Under the pieces are notes generated by a model. The model was given only the letters and a program-made list of their open reading frames with translations, did not search any database and had not been told where the DNA came from. Below, one piece after another: positions 43,941 through 45,527 of a DNA stretch of 45,527 bases. Positions within the stretch are counted from its first letter, which is position 1. Every line of letters begins with the position of its first letter. Both the position numbers and the translations under genes were made by a program. The stretch covers positions 62,001 through 107,527 of the forward strand of contig JBBIQV010000005.1 of the NCBI GenBank assembly GCA_037442105.1. The letters are read 5' to 3'. This DNA is from Nitrospiraceae bacterium (GTDB taxonomy: Bacteria; Nitrospirota; Nitrospiria; Nitrospirales; Nitrospiraceae).

Positions 43941-44873
43941 ATGAGTTCTGAACCGCGCCCGTTGAAGTTTTATCAAGCAGATGTTTTCACCGACCGGCCG
44001 TTCGGCGGCAATCCCGTCGCGGTCATCCCCGATGCCGAAGGGTTGAGCGACTTCCAACTTCAGCAAATTGCGCGGGAGATGAACCTCTCCGAGACGGTCT
44101 TCGTCTTTTCTCCCACAGACCCAGCCGCGGTGGTCAGAGTGCGAATTTTCACTCCGACCCAGGAGATTCCCTTTGCCGGGCACCCGGTCTTGGGCGCTTT
44201 CTACATCCTGGGCCGTGTCGGGCGCTTGCCGCTCTCTGAACCGATGACCTGCGTGCTGCAGGAGTGCAACATCGGGCTCTTTCCCGTCGAGCTCCACGTG
44301 CGCGAAGGCGAGATTCATCGTGTCGTCATGGCGCAACCGAAGCCGCAATTTCTCGGTGCGGTGGAGGAGGCGGAGGATCTCTACGAGATCGCGCGGGCGC
44401 TCGGTCTGTCCAAAAACCTGATCGCGGAAACGAAGTGGCCGGTCGAGGTAGCCTCGACGGGATTGCCGGTCATGATCGTACCGATCCGGACGCTGACGGC
44501 GGTGCGATCGATCATGCCCGATGCGTCGGCCATCATCCGGCTCTGTCACCGGTACGGAGCCAATGGGATCATGGTGTTTACAACCGTGACCGTCGAACAA
44601 CAGTCCACGGTTCATACCCGCATGTTCGCACCGGCCATCGGCATTCCGGAGGATCCCGCCACCGGCAGCGCGAGCGGCGCCCTCGGGGCCTACCTGGTAC
44701 AGAACGGTGTGGTGGAGGTCGGGCCGATGACGGAGATCATCGCCGAGCAGGGTTATGAAATCGAGCGCCCCTCACGGATTCTCGTGCAGGTGGAATCGGA
44801 CGACGATGCGATCCAATCCGTGAAAGTGGGCGGACAGGCCGTGATGATTGCGGAAGGAACGTTGAGTTTCTAG
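43941..44873 (+). CDS. PhzF family isomerase/epimerase
   Basis: [52 protein letters not shown]. Confidence 0.95.
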   Translation: MSSEPRPLKFYQADVFTDRPFGGNPVAVIPDAEGLSDFQLQQIAREMNLSETVFVFSPTDPAAVVRVRIFTPTQEIPFAGHPVLGAFYILGRVGRLPLSEPMTCVLQECNIGLFPVELHVREGEIHRVVMAQPKPQFLGAVEEAEDLYEIARALGLSKNLIAETKWPVEVASTGLPVMIVPIRTLTAVRSIMPDASAIIRLCHRYGANGIMVFTTVTVEQQSTVHTRMFAPAIGIPEDPATGSASGALGAYLVQNGVVEVGPMTEIIAEQGYEIERPSRILVQVESDDDAIQSVKVGGQAVMIAEGTLSF

Positions 44874-44879
44874 CGAAGA

Positions 44880-44946
44880 AGCTATCAGCCGTCAGCTCTC
44901 AGCTCTGAAACTCCGGCTGATCGCTGAATGCTGATAACTGAAAGCT
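44880..44946. repeat. Inverted array of 7-bp tandem repeats (AGCNNTC / GCTGANN) forming a hairpin
   Basis: agctatc-agccgtc-agctctc-agctctg ... gctgatc-gctgaat-gctgata-actgaaa-gct. Confidence 0.75.
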
Positions 44947-44954
44947 GCAAAGAC

Positions 44955-45527
44955 ATGAAAGCGGTGGTGTTTCACGAGCACGGCGGGCCGGATCGACTTC
45001 GTGTCGAGGAGATGACCATTCCGACGCCGGGACCTGGCGAGGTCCTTGTTCGGGTCAGGGCATGTGCGCTGAATCATCTGGATATCTGGATTCTCCGGGG
45101 GATTCCGGCCTATAAAATTCCGCTGCCGCATATTTCCGGATCGGATGTGGCCGGTGTCGTCGACGCGGTCGGTGCCGGGGTGCAGGGGATCACGGTCGGG
45201 GAGCGCGTTTTCATCTCGCCGGGGTTGAGCTGTTGGCGCTGCGAGCAGTGTCTGGCCGGCCGCGACAACCTCTGCCCATCCTTCGGGATTCTAGGCGCCA
45301 AGGTTCACGGCGGCTATGCCGAGTTCGTGGCGGTTCCGGCGCAGAACGTATTGCCGATTCCGGGCACGCTCTCGTTCGAGCAGGCAGCGGCGTTCCCTCT
45401 CGTGTCGGTCACCGCCTGGCATATGTTATTCGCCTTGGCCGATCTCAGGGCAGGTGAGGATGTGTTGGTGATGGGAGCCGGGAGCGGGGTCGGGAGTGTC
45501 GCCATCCAAATGGCGAAGCTGGCCGGC
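44955..45527 (+). CDS. Zinc-binding alcohol dehydrogenase / quinone oxidoreductase (MDR family), 3' end outside window
   Basis: MKAVVFHEHGGPD, ALNHLD, GSDVAG, CWRCEQC...NLC, GAGSGVG; absent from the ORF track because there is no stop in the window. Confidence 0.92.
   Translation, partial: MKAVVFHEHGGPDRLRVEEMTIPTPGPGEVLVRVRACALNHLDIWILRGIPAYKIPLPHISGSDVAGVVDAVGAGVQGITVGERVFISPGLSCWRCEQCLAGRDNLCPSFGILGAKVHGGYAEFVAVPAQNVLPIPGTLSFEQAAAFPLVSVTAWHMLFALADLRAGEDVLVMGAGSGVGSVAIQMAKLAG

Overview
Bacterial chromosome window, very probably Nitrospira/Nitrospirota. This is inferred from relics of five-subunit POR/OGOR genes, many sigma-54 promoters and the intergenic repeat types. It has three parts. 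(1) 1-4614: an RlmI-like methyltransferase, an OPT transporter, a coiled-coil protein, a TrmH methyltransferase and tRNA-Phe. (2) About 4615-19187: an accessory region between tRNA-Phe and tRNA-Ser(GCU). It has no integrase gene but has an att-like scar and a VapBC module. It carries dense small paralogous genes: four CxRC-x17-CxxC zinc-finger units, four OB-fold/DUF5666-like proteins, three small TPR proteins, and a duplicated OB-fold/Pal-like/lipoprotein module. It also holds an orphan PstS-like binding protein, a 27-aa K/R micropeptide and several broken genes (PorD/ForD-like, CBS::BCAM0308, POR-gamma::PorD). Three of its forward-strand sigma-54 promoters share an upstream palindrome at similar distance. 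(3) 19188-45527: core-like genes, namely two tRNA-Ser, serS, a PA0069 radical SAM, rhodanese, skp, a HEAT + HD-GYP pair, GDSL hydrolase, zwf/gnd and ltaE. These are followed by a ProA homolog lacking the catalytic Cys, a SAM methyltransferase, two tandem B12-binding radical SAM paralogs, an HPD-less J-like protein, a DUF512/Mmp10-like radical SAM, PhzF and a Zn dehydrogenase. The best candidates for undescribed systems are the sigma-54 co-regulated small-protein/envelope island and the cluster of three putative cobalamin radical SAM enzymes. All family calls come from motif recognition by eye; no searches were run.
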